DNA from: Psilocybe cubensis
Lineage: Eukaryota
NCBI GenBank assembly: GCA_017499595.2
Contig: CM039001.1
Location: 3,906,001 to 3,970,000 of the forward strand
Length of the DNA: 64,000 nt
Direction: 5' to 3'
Position numbers and translations under genes: made by a program. Positions 52,481 through 64,000 of the stretch are shown piece after piece (within the stretch, counting starts at the first letter, position 1; every line of letters begins with the position of its first letter). The notes below the pieces were generated by a model that saw nothing but the letters and a program-made list of their open reading frames with translations, searched no databases and had not been told where the DNA came from.

Positions 52481-54525
52481 TTTAAAAGATACATACGTAT
52501 AATTATGCTTCCCGGTGTCTCTCACCTGTCCCAAAAAACGACGATTTCACTGAGCGGTGATATGTGCGTGCCGTGATGGCCGGTCGAGCGTGAGAACTCA
52601 GTAGAACTCAGCTGTCTATCCAAATTGGCGATATGATACCAACAAGAGAAGCAACCTATCTTCATAAGTCAAGATATCGTGCTTAATACATATCCATATT
52701 CATTTTACATATACTAAAAGTGAAATATATCCACAAATGTATGGCAATATCACTTCATTGACCCTTCACGCACAAAGACCAGCCGAGCTAACCCGCTTTT
52801 CCACGTACATTCGGCAAGCGCGGCATGTACGATCTTGGATTGAGTGCCACAATATCTACTGTTTGACTGCCAATGAATGTTACAACAATAGTTATATGAC
52901 TCGATTTTGTCAATTTATATACATGTCGATTCAAAGGTTTTTGTATTCGGAATAACTGCGCAATCCAACCTAGAGAGTTGGCCGGGAATTAGGGTAGCTG
53001 GCTGCTCTCGTGATCGTGAGAGAATAAGTTTTCTCCAAAATAAAAGCTGGCAATTCCTCATCCTGTTTCCTTTGATTCTTCCACAATCAATAACCGCTTA
53101 TGATGATACTGTCTGGTGCAGCGAGTTGAACCAGCCGCGTCTCGTTTCGACGAGGCAGCAGGCGGTGTTGACATCGTCCGTTTGGCACCACATACCTTGT
53201 TAACAACATAGGGACGGGCTGAAACTATCTGATGGCGGTTCTTGATTTGCTCCTTCCCTTTTTCTGTCGCTGTTATATGTTGGGTCTGGGTTGTAATGGG
53301 AAGTTGGATCAGTTGCATATTTGAAGGTACTATTGTACACGTACGTGGTCTTTTATGTTACTTCCTTCTCTTCGCTCACTTCTGCTATTCCACGTCATTT
53401 GATCCAGTGTTCAAAGTTCTGGTTTTCAAATGATAAACATCTTTTCTTTCATGCCCTCTATCCGCCGCATCCGCATTTTACATAGAATGCATGGTCGCAG
53501 CTACTCAGGCATGCCCCATTCATCGCCTGCACAGCCTGCACATCCTACATTACGCTCTCATGGCCATCTATACTGCGTTTTATTGTCAGGTTCCCACTTC
53601 ACTCTTATTTAAACCGTCTTGAGTGTCGGTGTCTTTTGGAGAGGAATTTCTTACTCTCTCTGAGTCTGGGCACTAGTGTTATCTGGGTGGCACCGCGATC
53701 TGTTGATTGTTTTTTTGGATTCAATGCTGCCGATTCGGATTATCGTTTTCATGGGGTAGTCACTACATGAAGTGAATCATTTGTGTGTTCAGTATGGACC
53801 TCGGTCGACTACGTTGCCTTGTCTCCTCGACCCCAATGATCTGGCAACCCCCTGAAGTTTTGGATGGTTCCCATTCTTCTATCTAGGACTGTTAACGATG
53901 TCCTTGCGGTCATTCTTTCTCAACATTTTCGAGTATCTCCCATCTCCTTGCTTTTATATTTTTATTCGAACTTTGTCTTTGAACAGTGATAATACCTTCG
54001 CATCCGCAACTGCGCTAACTCTTCCCATCACGGCCCGCGCCCAACATACAAACAATGACAGGAACAGGAGAGGAAGGAGCGCATCAAGAACTCACCATCC
54101 CGAGTTGTCGATGATCATTCGGTTATGATTGGCCTTGACGCTTGGGACGGCAATATATTTTCCATAAATCAAGGATGTTATCTAGCAACTGGCAGACCAA
54201 ACGGTGCCTTCCAGCCGACTACAAACCCTGTCCCTTGAAGCTGCTCCTTTGTTCTACATTGCCATATAATTGAATAATTATCATAGGTTTATACAAGTAT
54301 TGAGTTCATGGTGCCCTGTACCTTGGGCTTTCTGAATCGCTGAATATTACTGATAACTTAGAATTAAATAACGGCTGGACTGGCTAATGAGATTTAACCA
54401 CACGAAGCATAAGAAAAACGCAAATCCGATCGAAAAGGGCGAAAGGAACACCCAAATTGCAAAGCAACCGCTCGCGCTCAACAATGAACCAACAATGGAC
54501 ATCCGTGAGAATTTACTTGCAGTCG

Positions 54526-54617
54526 TCGGAGTTTCAAAAAAACCTTCTTAAACAGCAGATCACCTCGTTCTGTATTACAACCCATTGTTCGTTTCGACTT
54601 GGTTCATACAGCCTCTC
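54526..54617 (+). promoter_or_regulatory. Conserved leader/promoter boxes shared with 55864-55980 (minus strand)
   Basis: TCGGAGTTTCAAAAAAA is identical at 17/17 nt. A 38-nt box just before the ATG is identical at 35/38 nt. Confidence 0.7.
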
Positions 54618-54625
54618 ACTCAATC

Positions 54626-54967
54626 ATGGACTTTCTTTATCGCTACGTGTACGCTTATGAGATCAATGCGCGTCTTATTGGCGAAGTTTATGGATTCGAC
54701 GCTTTTGCTGATCGCAGCAAAATGCTGAAGGTCATTAAAACAGTTCACAACGAAATCAGAGAGACAGGCATAAATGTCCATTTTGCGATTGGCACAAGGA
54801 TTAAACATATCGACAACGAAGATGATACAGTGACCCTCATTATTTTCGACCATCACCATGACGAAGCCCGATTAAGAGAGAAAGTCGCCAACCACACCAC
54901 TCCAGCAGAATTTGCTCCATACTCTAACATCCTCATAGGTCCTGATGTCTACAAGAGTAGCGCATAA
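54626..54967 (+). CDS. Small hypothetical protein (113 aa), paralog of 55522-55854
   Basis: Uninterrupted ORF MDFLYRYVYAYEINARLIG...ILIGPDVYKSSA aligns end to end with the convergent ORF. A probable 3'-UTR intron follows the stop. Confidence 0.8.
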   Translation: MDFLYRYVYAYEINARLIGEVYGFDAFADRSKMLKVIKTVHNEIRETGINVHFAIGTRIKHIDNEDDTVTLIIFDHHHDEARLREKVANHTTPAEFAPYSNILIGPDVYKSSA

Positions 54968-55521
54968 TTATGGTGAGTGTTACCTTTAATTGGGTCGACT
55001 CGAGCTCTCATTAATTAGTTCTTTATACCAGTGGATGAGATTCCATCGCCTGATATTTCTGACGACCCCATCTCTGAACCCTTTAAACCACTCTCCCTTT
55101 CTTGAGTAGTAGTCTCTTCCCTGGATCCCTGACACAAATAAGTCTAGATTTCTAGGAGTTCACATACATACAAAGACATTGTAGACGTAGATACCATGAA
55201 CATTCAACCCCGAGTGTAGAACATGTCTTTGTTGTTCCACGTCAATTAACTATCCAAGATTATTCTGAAGCCACGAACCAAACTACACCAAGAAATCAAT
55301 CTGATAAATACGGAAACGTTGAGGTTGGTTGCCATGTTGAACCGAAAATAAAGTTTCAAGTGCTCAGTATTCATTGATTGTCTTCATACGTATTGAAAAT
55401 AATCAACAAAGCTGGTATAGACTGGCTTAGGACAAAATGAGGATGTAGAAAAGTAGAATATGGTTAGTTACGATGCATCAACAGACTCAACAGAGAAAAG
55501 CACATACCAGTTTTGGAAAAT

Positions 55522-55854
55522 TTATCCAGCAATCTCGCAAACAACAGGTCCGGAAAGGAGGTACATAAAATGGTCGAGAACGGGCGGTGTTGGTGGCAGG
55601 GGTTTGTCAAGTAATACTTGTTTGACATTAGCGTCGTCCAGAACAAAGATGTAGTATGGCTCATCCCCGGGAGATTCAGATAGCGAAGATTGCATGATTA
55701 CATGGCTGTCAACTTTTCGAATTCGATTATACACCACTTCAGCGACATCCATGTAAATTCCAAAGTTGGTCTGGGCATCGAGGTCCAATGCGGTAACAAT
55801 TTTTTCCCGGTCCAGTTTATAGCCGCGGACAAAACGCTTGGTAGTAGCACCCAT
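55522..55854 (-). CDS. Small hypothetical protein (110 aa), paralog of 54626-54967
   Basis: MGATTKRFVRGYKLDREKIV...LLSGPVVCEIAG; shares motifs and the upstream leader with its partner. Confidence 0.8.
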   Translation of the reverse strand: MGATTKRFVRGYKLDREKIVTALDLDAQTNFGIYMDVAEVVYNRIRKVDSHVIMQSSLSESPGDEPYYIFVLDDANVKQVLLDKPLPPTPPVLDHFMYLLSGPVVCEIAG

Positions 55855-56439
55855 TGTTTGAAAGAGAGGCTGTATGAAGCAAGTGGAAACGAAGAATGGG
55901 TGGTTGTAAGTTGGGAAAGACGTGACGTTGCGGCTGGTTGCGCCCTGGACCTTCTTAAGAGGATTTTTTTGAAACTCCGATTCATGACCCTTACTACTTG
56001 TATGCTCTAAAAAGGACTAGTAACCTAATTACAAGCTTTCCTCTGGCATTGCTACGGCTGCCGAAATGTCAAACAGGAATATTTTATGTTGGGTGCACAA
56101 TGCCTCCTTAGAGATTAAGCAAAAATCACAGTGAGGTGCCATGAGATGCTGCCCCACCATTGTCGCGTCGAATGACTTGTTTTTACTTGACCTTATGCTT
56201 GACATTCAACATTTTATTTAATTGAGGAAGAACATTCAACACGACTGTTCCTTTCTCATCCTCTTACTCTTCGACAAAATTATTATATCTTTCACCTGTT
56301 TTCCAGGGTCGTTATTACCTCGGGCACACGGAGTAACTTTGTGTTCACTTCAGTACCTATTTTTACCATTTCAGCTGTTTTTCCGGCTACAATAATCTCA
56401 AATAACTGATTGAGAGAAGGTTTTCCATCACCCTGATTG

Positions 56440-56954
56440 TTATAGACATAAACTGAACTGTATAATTCATGAAAAGGAGGAGATTAGTTTAATGTCACTG
56501 CAGTGTAGCAACTCTCACGTATATGTTATCCACAACGCAGGTGTACGGAGCATCACAGACTGAAAATATCAGAGTCAGTCCGAGAATCGAGTTCATGTCA
56601 CTCCTTGAAATTGGATGGAAATTGAAAGAAAATCGGGGTTTGTTTTGCACACCTACCTACAGGACCCGTCCATCCAAGTCCACCACACTGAGCGTAGTGA
56701 GCGACAGTAGTTCCGGTAGGCACTGGGGCGGTTGAAGTCTCAGCTGGAAATGTGGCTGTGGGCAGACTAGAAGAACTGTTATCACAGATGATCATTGTGG
56801 ATCCAGATCCAGGCGCCCATGTCAGATACATGGAGGCAGTTTAGTTCATTGACAATTACCTTTGGGCATTGACAACAAAGGACTGGAAATGATGGGTAAG
56901 CTCCCATGTTAAACTCCCAAGAACGAGGATGCGGAGAGCTGTTAATGCGAGCAT
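56440..56954 (-). CDS. Small secreted CBM1-only protein (about 90 aa)
   Basis: Four exons give [90 protein letters not shown]. The CBM1 four-cysteine pattern is intact. Confidence 0.82.
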
Positions 56955-57346
56955 TGGGAAGAGAACTGTGAAGTGAAGTACAATAATTTGTTCTGCGGAA
57001 GAAGACAGGATTATGTACCCAGCTTACCGTTCCTTGACTTCGGAAAATCATCATCTATCTCCAATAGAAGTACTGATATCCGATGGATACATATAGGACG
57101 TTCCCGAGTGCTGACCATGTTTTGTATTCTCAGGTATTCTCGGATCATTCTATCGGTCAACCTCGAAAGTTGGAATACAAATGACGTTCGTTGGCTCTGT
57201 GCTTAAGAAACTCAGGCATTCATTTGTTTGTCGATGACTTAAATCACCGCTTCCTATCAACAGAGACTAGGTATTTTCCTGGATTGTCCCCTTTGATGTT
57301 CATTTTCAAAGTACGACAATCACCTGGAAGCTTCTTAACTACAATA

Positions 57347-58041
57347 GGGACCTTCAGAATTGAAATACGACCCGACTAGTCGGTCGTATTTGGCCCTGTC
57401 CGATTACGCTTAGTAAGTCAAAGTTCAAGGTCCGCTTTGTGACTGATGTGACGGAATTGCGGCCCTCTTATCACTGGCTTCCACCATCTTCAATCCTCTC
57501 CCCATCACCATTCCTATGGAGGCTTTCATTTCATGCCTGTATATATTAGACTATTAAGATTTTGCTCTCCATGAAGTACTGACCGTCTTTCTGGTCTTGT
57601 TTGCATGATCAAGGAGTGATGATATGAAATATTTCACTCATCAGTGCCTGTAATTTAGATACTGCTGTAACAGCACCTCCAGAGGACATTTTCGCAACAC
57701 ATAGAAACACATTTTGTTTGTTTAATCATTGTTTAATTCTCTAACCACACAGGAGATGCACCAAACACGTCAATACTGAAATGAGAGTATAAGAAGCAAG
57801 CATTGATTCGGTCTCATCAACCCCCATCTCTGTTTCCCCTTGCCATTTTTTCTTAGTATCGCTCAATGCCTATTCAAAAATCTACGTAGATTAAATATTA
57901 TCTACGCTGTCTACGTCATTGGGAGTGACATAGAAGTGACAGTCCAAGACAAGGCCAAGCACAGTCGGACTTCGAATCATCAAATCGGTGGCGTCGAAAT
58001 ACGACCGACTAGTCGGGTCGTATTTCAATTCTGAAGGTCCC
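57347..58041. mobile_element. 695-bp MITE with perfect 45-bp TIRs, flanked by TA
   Basis: GGGACCTTCAGAATTGAAATACGACCCGACTAGTCGGTCGTATTT at 57347-57391 and its exact reverse complement at 57997-58041. TA on both outer sides. Confidence 0.85.
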
Positions 58042-58185
58042 TAATGTTCTAACAAGACAATTTGAGCAGAACTCTTGTCCGATTGTCCTCACATCATATA
58101 GAAAAATTCAAAAATACCAAAGGTAAAGTCGAAAGGCGAAACGTCCAAATAATACAATAGTCCAATCTTTTCATGCATCATCATT

Positions 58186-59777
58186 TTAGACTGAGGATTT
58201 TGTAAACTGATGGTTGAACATACGTTATTAGCCGTCAGAGAGGAAGATTGACAATAAAATACTGACTGATGTTTGTAAAACTGGGCTCCAGATAACCTTT
58301 TCCGAACCTTGAACATCGTGAAATGACACCTATAGTAGATCTCAGCCAAGGTTAAACAGGAAGGATTGACATAAAGAATTACCGTGATCTCGGGGTGCGA
58401 GTTGAAATGAAGGTCCGAGGCACCAACGTCTGCATTTTGTTCAACGTTGTGTGAACGAGCGTTGAGCCTTGGTGTCATACGACAAGTCAAGGAGATGAAT
58501 CAATATGTAATTTTGAGACTCACGACACGAGAAGCGAGATGGAATAGACTGAGGCGTATGCAGTTAGTGTAGCACCTCAAGGAGAGCGTTCATTAGGCAG
58601 ATGCTCACATTTTGCGAGGACGATGTAGATCCCGAGCCAAATCACTATCGTTACTTCAATGACATGTTCCTGTTTACCTAAGTATGAATCACTCACTGTT
58701 TGACATTGATTGAAACTTGAAGGGCGTCAGTGAAGGTATCATTTATGAGAAAAAAATTCTTACACAAATTATCACCGACACTGAGGTCATGCTATAAAAT
58801 AAACGGCGTTAGACTCCGCATTGTGCTGGAATAAAATGACAGGAGTACCTGGTTATGAGCCCAGTTTCTGAGCAAGTGAATAAGGTAATTGTCACATTGC
58901 TTCAGTAAGTGAAATAAACCACACTTACGGAGAGAAAATTGAATAAGACGGTTTAAGAATACGGTTGTCCTGTGACAAAATTGAGATACTACAGTATAGG
59001 TAATGACACGGAGATAACCTACGACTGAAGATTTGTCGGGGATGCCAGTTTTCTCAGGTAGTACACCATTGAAGCCGCAATAAGCAAATCGGCAGTCACT
59101 CCTGCACTCAATGCCAACGTAATCAGCCAACCGAAATTGAACACAAAGACGCCGTTTGGTGTTCTAGGAACGTCCAGAATGCTCTCCACGGATAGTGCTA
59201 CACCACCTGCAAGGCGGAGGAGAGTGAAAATAAATGCGATTGAAGTCAGGAAGAATTTCCTGGACAGTCGATAAATGCGATGGCAGAAAAAACACTACAT
59301 CGACGCTTAGTGTACTTGTCTGGCAAGGTAGTTTCTATCTTACCTGGACGATGAATGTTATGATATTCTCGGTCAACACATTTGCAGAGAGCTGGTACGA
59401 ATTGGCCTCCCCTCTGGTCGAACGTGTTACAGTTTCAAAGTAGATTGTGTGGGAAGCCGTGATTGAGTGAAAAACCTCTATCAACCTGCCAAATGTCAAC
59501 GGATGGGATGAAACAATTAGGCAGAGGTAGATATTACAAGAGTAGAGCGACCTGAAATTATTATTGGTTTCAATATTCTAGAGTCCGTAGAGATAGAACG
59601 AGCACGCACCAGAAGTTTTAAACCCAGTCTATCTCCTCCACTACGAGTAAAGTACGTGTACCCCTGGGAAAGAGATACCCCCAGCAGAACCAGACTCACG
59701 AACGTTGATATCTCGACTGCTCCAAGATCTTGGTTGGATGTAAAAGCAAAACTTCCATTTTGAATTAGCCCAACCAT
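58186..59777 (-). CDS. Multi-pass membrane protein, DUF6534-like
   Basis: DLGAVEISTFVSLVLLGVSLSQGYTYF..SGGDRLGLKLL N-terminus and a 'LNAR' motif after the last TM segment, typical of this agaric family. The 3' exon is approximate. Confidence 0.78.
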
Positions 59778-62119
59778 TATTGATGTTTGAAAGAAAAACG
59801 CGAAATGAGAATGCTATCCGGAGCGAGGAATGGCAATTGAAAATCGGTCCTCAAGACCTCGGTGTCGGGGAAGAAGGATAAAAGGTACCAAATACCCATC
59901 CTCATTGCGAGCACGTCTAAATAGTGGTAGAGATACCACTTTTATGCCCACGATTGAGTAGGCTACTGACGTATGACATTGACTTGACCAGTCATATCGT
60001 CGACAGTTGCCTTCGGCTTTCCCAACATGCATCATTCGATGCAGCCTAAAATTTCTGTATTTAAGACAGAGGATCATTCGTATAGGGGTTTTGAAAGATG
60101 GAAAACACGTATGTTCAGCTCACTGTTTATTCTTCACCGAAATCAATGGGTTTGGATTAGAGTATGAGCCATTGACAGTGAGAACGTTGCAACTCGTCTG
60201 ACTGCTGGCACAGCCGCTGTGAGAAAAATGATGGGAGAGAATTCGAAGAGCTGATGGATGTTCGGGAGAGCTCCGGCGGAGAATGAAAGCGGAGTCAAAA
60301 ATTCTGACGAAAACCGTTGCGGGGAACAAAATATTAAAGACTGGATTCATAGAGACAGAATCGCGATTCTGAAGCGGCACAGAATCAGAGGCGCTTCAAC
60401 GCTTCAACGATTCCGATTCTGCGCCGATTCTGCGTCTTCCCGCGCTTATGATGACCAGAATTGCCTCTGAATCGTCCACTCTGACCTGCCCAAATGTCAA
60501 CATGCACTTGAGCGTTCAGTGGCACAATGGCTATCTTGTCCAGCCGTAGGTGCAGTAAACAAATTATTGAGATTATGATAAGGGAGGTCAATATTTACCG
60601 ACTTGCTCCAAGATCACCAGGCCGTAAAAATGAAAGTTTACTGAGTTGATTATTGATTTTGACCACACGTTGCGACTCCAAGGCATTTTCCCCAGAACTC
60701 GGAAGTGATGAATTGATCGCTTAATTCATCCTTTGAGGTGAAAGTACTGTGGGCGTTATCTGAAGATCAGTAACTCAAGCAATACAATGTAGCTGATGGA
60801 ATACCTGCTCCTGCTGGAACCCTATAAACGATACACTTCAAAGCCAAGACATGTGGTACAGATCATTAACTGTGCTCCACTGCAGCGCAAACTACCTCGA
60901 CAAAGCGATAAAACAGTAAACAGTAAAGTGTCCAATCTAGTTACATCAGATTTCCCCACACACAGTGACGATCAGCCTGCACACCTCACAGCCTGATATA
61001 TCCAAAGTTCGGCGCGGCTGGTGGTCGCGGGACGGTTTCATAAACGTACTAGCTCAAGTCAAAGCCATGGAGGACCTCGAAAGCTCCCCGTGTCGTTGAT
61101 TTCTATTAAATAAACGAGCTGGGCGAATGGAATAGGTACATACCCACGCCCGTCGTCCCGATCTCCCCTCGACTGCGAGCCGCTGCTACTTCCCCGTCAT
61201 CATCAAGCCATTTTGGAATCCGACTCCTTCTAGTGCTGGTCACCAGGTTGCTACTCCTTCTACTACTCGCTCCCGCTAACCTTCTGGACGAGTGTCATTC
61301 GTTTTCTATGCTCAAGGTCTCACCGCCCAGGCTCATCGATTGACATGCTCACTCATCTCTCTTACTATGCTGCCCCAGCGGGGATCAGCTCTGCTTAAAA
61401 ATGAACCCGGAGCTGCGATCCTGATAAGCAAACGATACCATGCCTCGGACACTGTCACCGGGGTGGTTCGTCAAACCCCTGCCTGCTTTCTGGTTGTTTG
61501 TGGGGCTCATGTCTTTCCGACCTCGGATCAACCGCTCACCCACCAATAAACACTCCTAGGCCTGGCGGCACAAATCACAGCCAACAAAACACCACATTCA
61601 CACCCCACCACACATAGAAGAACGGGTTCTCGAAAACGCATGCCCTTCCCACATCCCTTTCATATCGCACAAAAAACGCTCATATGATCACGATAACCTG
61701 GCACCGACGGAGGGACAAGGAACGTTATTTCTGACAATCTAATTTCGTCACGCCTTGCGCCAACCTCATGCTGTGCTTTTGGGTTGTCACCCTCCCTAGT
61801 TCCTTTCAGACTTCTGAACTGCGCTCAACTTTTTTTTGCCTGCTTCTTTCGAGCTAAAGCCCTGGAACTTGTCAAGGGCTATACAGGCCGACCTTTATTG
61901 TGGAACGCCAATAGACCGGCGCGCCGCGCTCGTGCGGGATTTTTGTCGAGACTCATCCGACCTGTGCGGGCCCTCGGGAGAATTTTCGCACCACGTAAAG
62001 CTTGATTAAAGAGCAGAAGCCTCGAGGTTTAGAACCCTGACTGATAGACATGATTGCTATGTGTACACACAAAACGGCGTGCGCACCGGATAAAGAACAT
62101 CGCTTAGCGATTGCGATTG

Positions 62120-62537
62120 CCCATGGGGTCATCGATAATCTGACATGGATTGGCTCAGAGAAAAATCGAATGTCGAGTTCTATGCATCTATCCAAGACTT
62201 GCAGGCTTGTTTGAAACATCTTGGTTCTCGAGAAGAATTACCCATGGGATCATCGATTATCTGACATAGATTATTTCAGTGAAAAAAACGATTGTTTGTA
62301 GTTTTATAGCGAGGCGAGGCATGAGGGGATCAGCAAGATCTTTGAGTGAATGAAAGAAGTTTTCATGTCTCTCCGGGCGGAGAGCACTTTGTGCCTCTAC
62401 TCACTAGCTAATGCATTGCTATCTGGTAGTATACGTCTGTCGTTGACACCTTGAATGACCCTCAAAAAACGAGTTCTACACATCGACCCAAGATTCGAAG
62501 ATTGTAAGCTTGCAGACTTGTTTGAAACATCTTGGTT
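62120..62537. repeat. Interrupted direct duplication
   Basis: CCCATGGG.TCATCGAT.ATCTGACAT.GATT occurs at 62120 and 62241. CTTGCAG.CTTGTTTGAAACATCTTGGTT occurs at about 62198 and about 62509, with about 190 bp extra in the second copy. Confidence 0.7.
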
Positions 62538-63309
62538 GAATGGTTCACCCGCAACAAAGGTCCGATTAGAGGGAGATGCAGTGATAATTAATTAATGGGA
62601 AACCCAGAGAAGAGAGAGAGAGGATAGCATAGCCGATAGCAAGAGTGAAAGAAAAGCGGTGAGACTATGAATATAATAATCATGAGAGGGGACATGACAG
62701 AAGAGGACATGATACAACACAACGGTAATGACTTGGATGATGAGTGAAATGGTCAAAAAAAAAGAGAGAAAAAAAAAGAGAAAACATCAGACGAGGGCAG
62801 CGAGAAAGAAAAAAAAATGTCCTATGTAGTTACTAGGATGCAAAATGCAAATGCGATATGTGACTGTAGGGTGTATGAATGGGTCATCAAGAGGTGCGTA
62901 ACCTCACGGGCCAAGATTAACAAGAATGCGTCAATGATGTCGGGATGGGGGATGGGGAGGCAAGTCGGAGAGCTGATAAATGCATGAAGGGATTAGAAAC
63001 CGCATGGGTATCGCGTGAGCGGGAGGGCGTAGGACTGAAAAGTTGATTGCTAGAGTTGTACTTGTAGATTGTAATGCGATGCACGATGGATGGATGAAAC
63101 GAAACCATTGCAAAAATCGAGGGGCGAGTTGTAGATACTATTACCAACGCAAAAGAGCAGTAGAACCGGTGGAGAGATGATGATGGTATGATTCGATACA
63201 AGGGGGGTATGGTTGAAAGAGTGGTATCTTCGACGAGAACCATGAGTCGCCGTGCCACCCAAACAATCACCTGGAGAGGAGGGGGCCAACTGAACACCGA
63301 AAGCCAGAA

Positions 63310-63400
63310 CGGGGGAAGGGGGACACCAGAACGCAGAACCGGGAAAGGGGACACCAGAACGCAGAACCAGTGAAGGGGGGACACCAAATCGCAGAACCCA
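63310..63400. repeat. About 29-bp tandem repeat (AAGGGGGACACCAGAACGCAGAACC), 3 copies
   Basis: Directly visible, downstream of the last gene. Confidence 0.8.
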
Positions 63401-63565
63401 GGATCATAAAATATCGTAGCAGCAACTGCGACGAGACCGAAAACACATTTTTTTAAACCTCCCCTTCTCTTCTGAAGCAGCAGGAGTAGCGGGTAGGTAA
63501 GTTAGAGAGACGACGGACGAGCCAGCTCCAAACAGGGTAGAAATCTCCGGGATTCAAATTCATCT

Positions 63566-64000
63566 TCAGGCTTCCGATTTGAGCCACAAGCGTTCGCCAC
63601 CATGAGAACTAGCATTCGAGTTCGCCTCGGCCGCATCAACAGCCTCGAGCAATTCAGCGTCCGGGTCCCCGTCATTTTCAGGATCGCCCTCGCCATCACC
63701 ATCACCCTCCCCGTCCAAATCATCGTCCTCCCCAGCAGCGTCCACAGCATTCAACAGCTCCGCGTCGGCCTCGGCCTCAGCATCTGCGTCAGCGTCCGCA
63801 TCCACGTCGGTCTCGCCCCTCGGTGAGATGGACCCATGCAACCCAGACCGCTTGGCAGGAACGACCCCGCCAGACGGGCTCCCCTTTCCTCCCCGCACAC
63901 GCCCATTCCGCGAGTCCGAGCGCGCGCTGTGCATCGCAGCAGCAGCAGCCGACCCGCCCCGCCCAATATTCGACGTGGGCAGCTGATCAGGATCGCGCTC
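63566..64000 (-). CDS. Acidic low-complexity C-terminus of a gene extending beyond the window (possibly a regulatory protein)
   Basis: Open frame from the window edge with a duplicated DAELL(N/E)AVDAA motif, ending ERLWLKSEA*. Confidence 0.65.
   Translation of the reverse strand, partial: ERDPDQLPTSNIGRGGSAAAAAMHSARSDSRNGRVRGGKGSPSGGVVPAKRSGLHGSISPRGETDVDADADADAEAEADAELLNAVDAAGEDDDLDGEGDGDGEGDPENDGDPDAELLEAVDAAEANSNASSHGGERLWLKSEA

Noticed and set aside
1-64000. tRNA, rRNA or snRNA genes
   Set aside because: The GGTTCGA-like hits I inspected lack cloverleaf context and no rRNA-like sequence was seen. A tRNAscan-SE/Infernal run would be needed to exclude intron-containing tRNAs or snoRNAs.

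Overview
Intron-rich fungal genomic DNA (short GT-AG introns, no operons, rRNA, tRNA or CRISPR). Gene content points to an agaric basidiomycete; the taxon is my inference. Three zones. (1) 1-12.2 kb is gene-dense: a DUF6593-like gene end, a METTL16/PsiM-family methyltransferase, a protoglobin-domain protein, a GH3 glycosidase, an SDR and a HAD hydrolase. (2) About 12.2-37.5 kb holds only one convincing gene, an FlbC/C2h2-type zinc-finger transcription factor, inside a roughly 19 kb island of microsatellites, minisatellites and one DNA transposon. (3) 37.5-64 kb is gene-dense again: alpha/beta hydrolase, PLAC8, Mdm35, MFS, membrane proteins and a CBM1-only secreted protein. It also contains a convergent pair of divergent small paralogous genes whose 5' non-coding leaders are nearly identical, the most unusual feature I found. 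Three non-autonomous TIR elements with candidate target-site duplications and one possible poly(A) retroposed insert are also visible. Exon boundaries were read by eye and family assignments come from motif recognition, not database searches.
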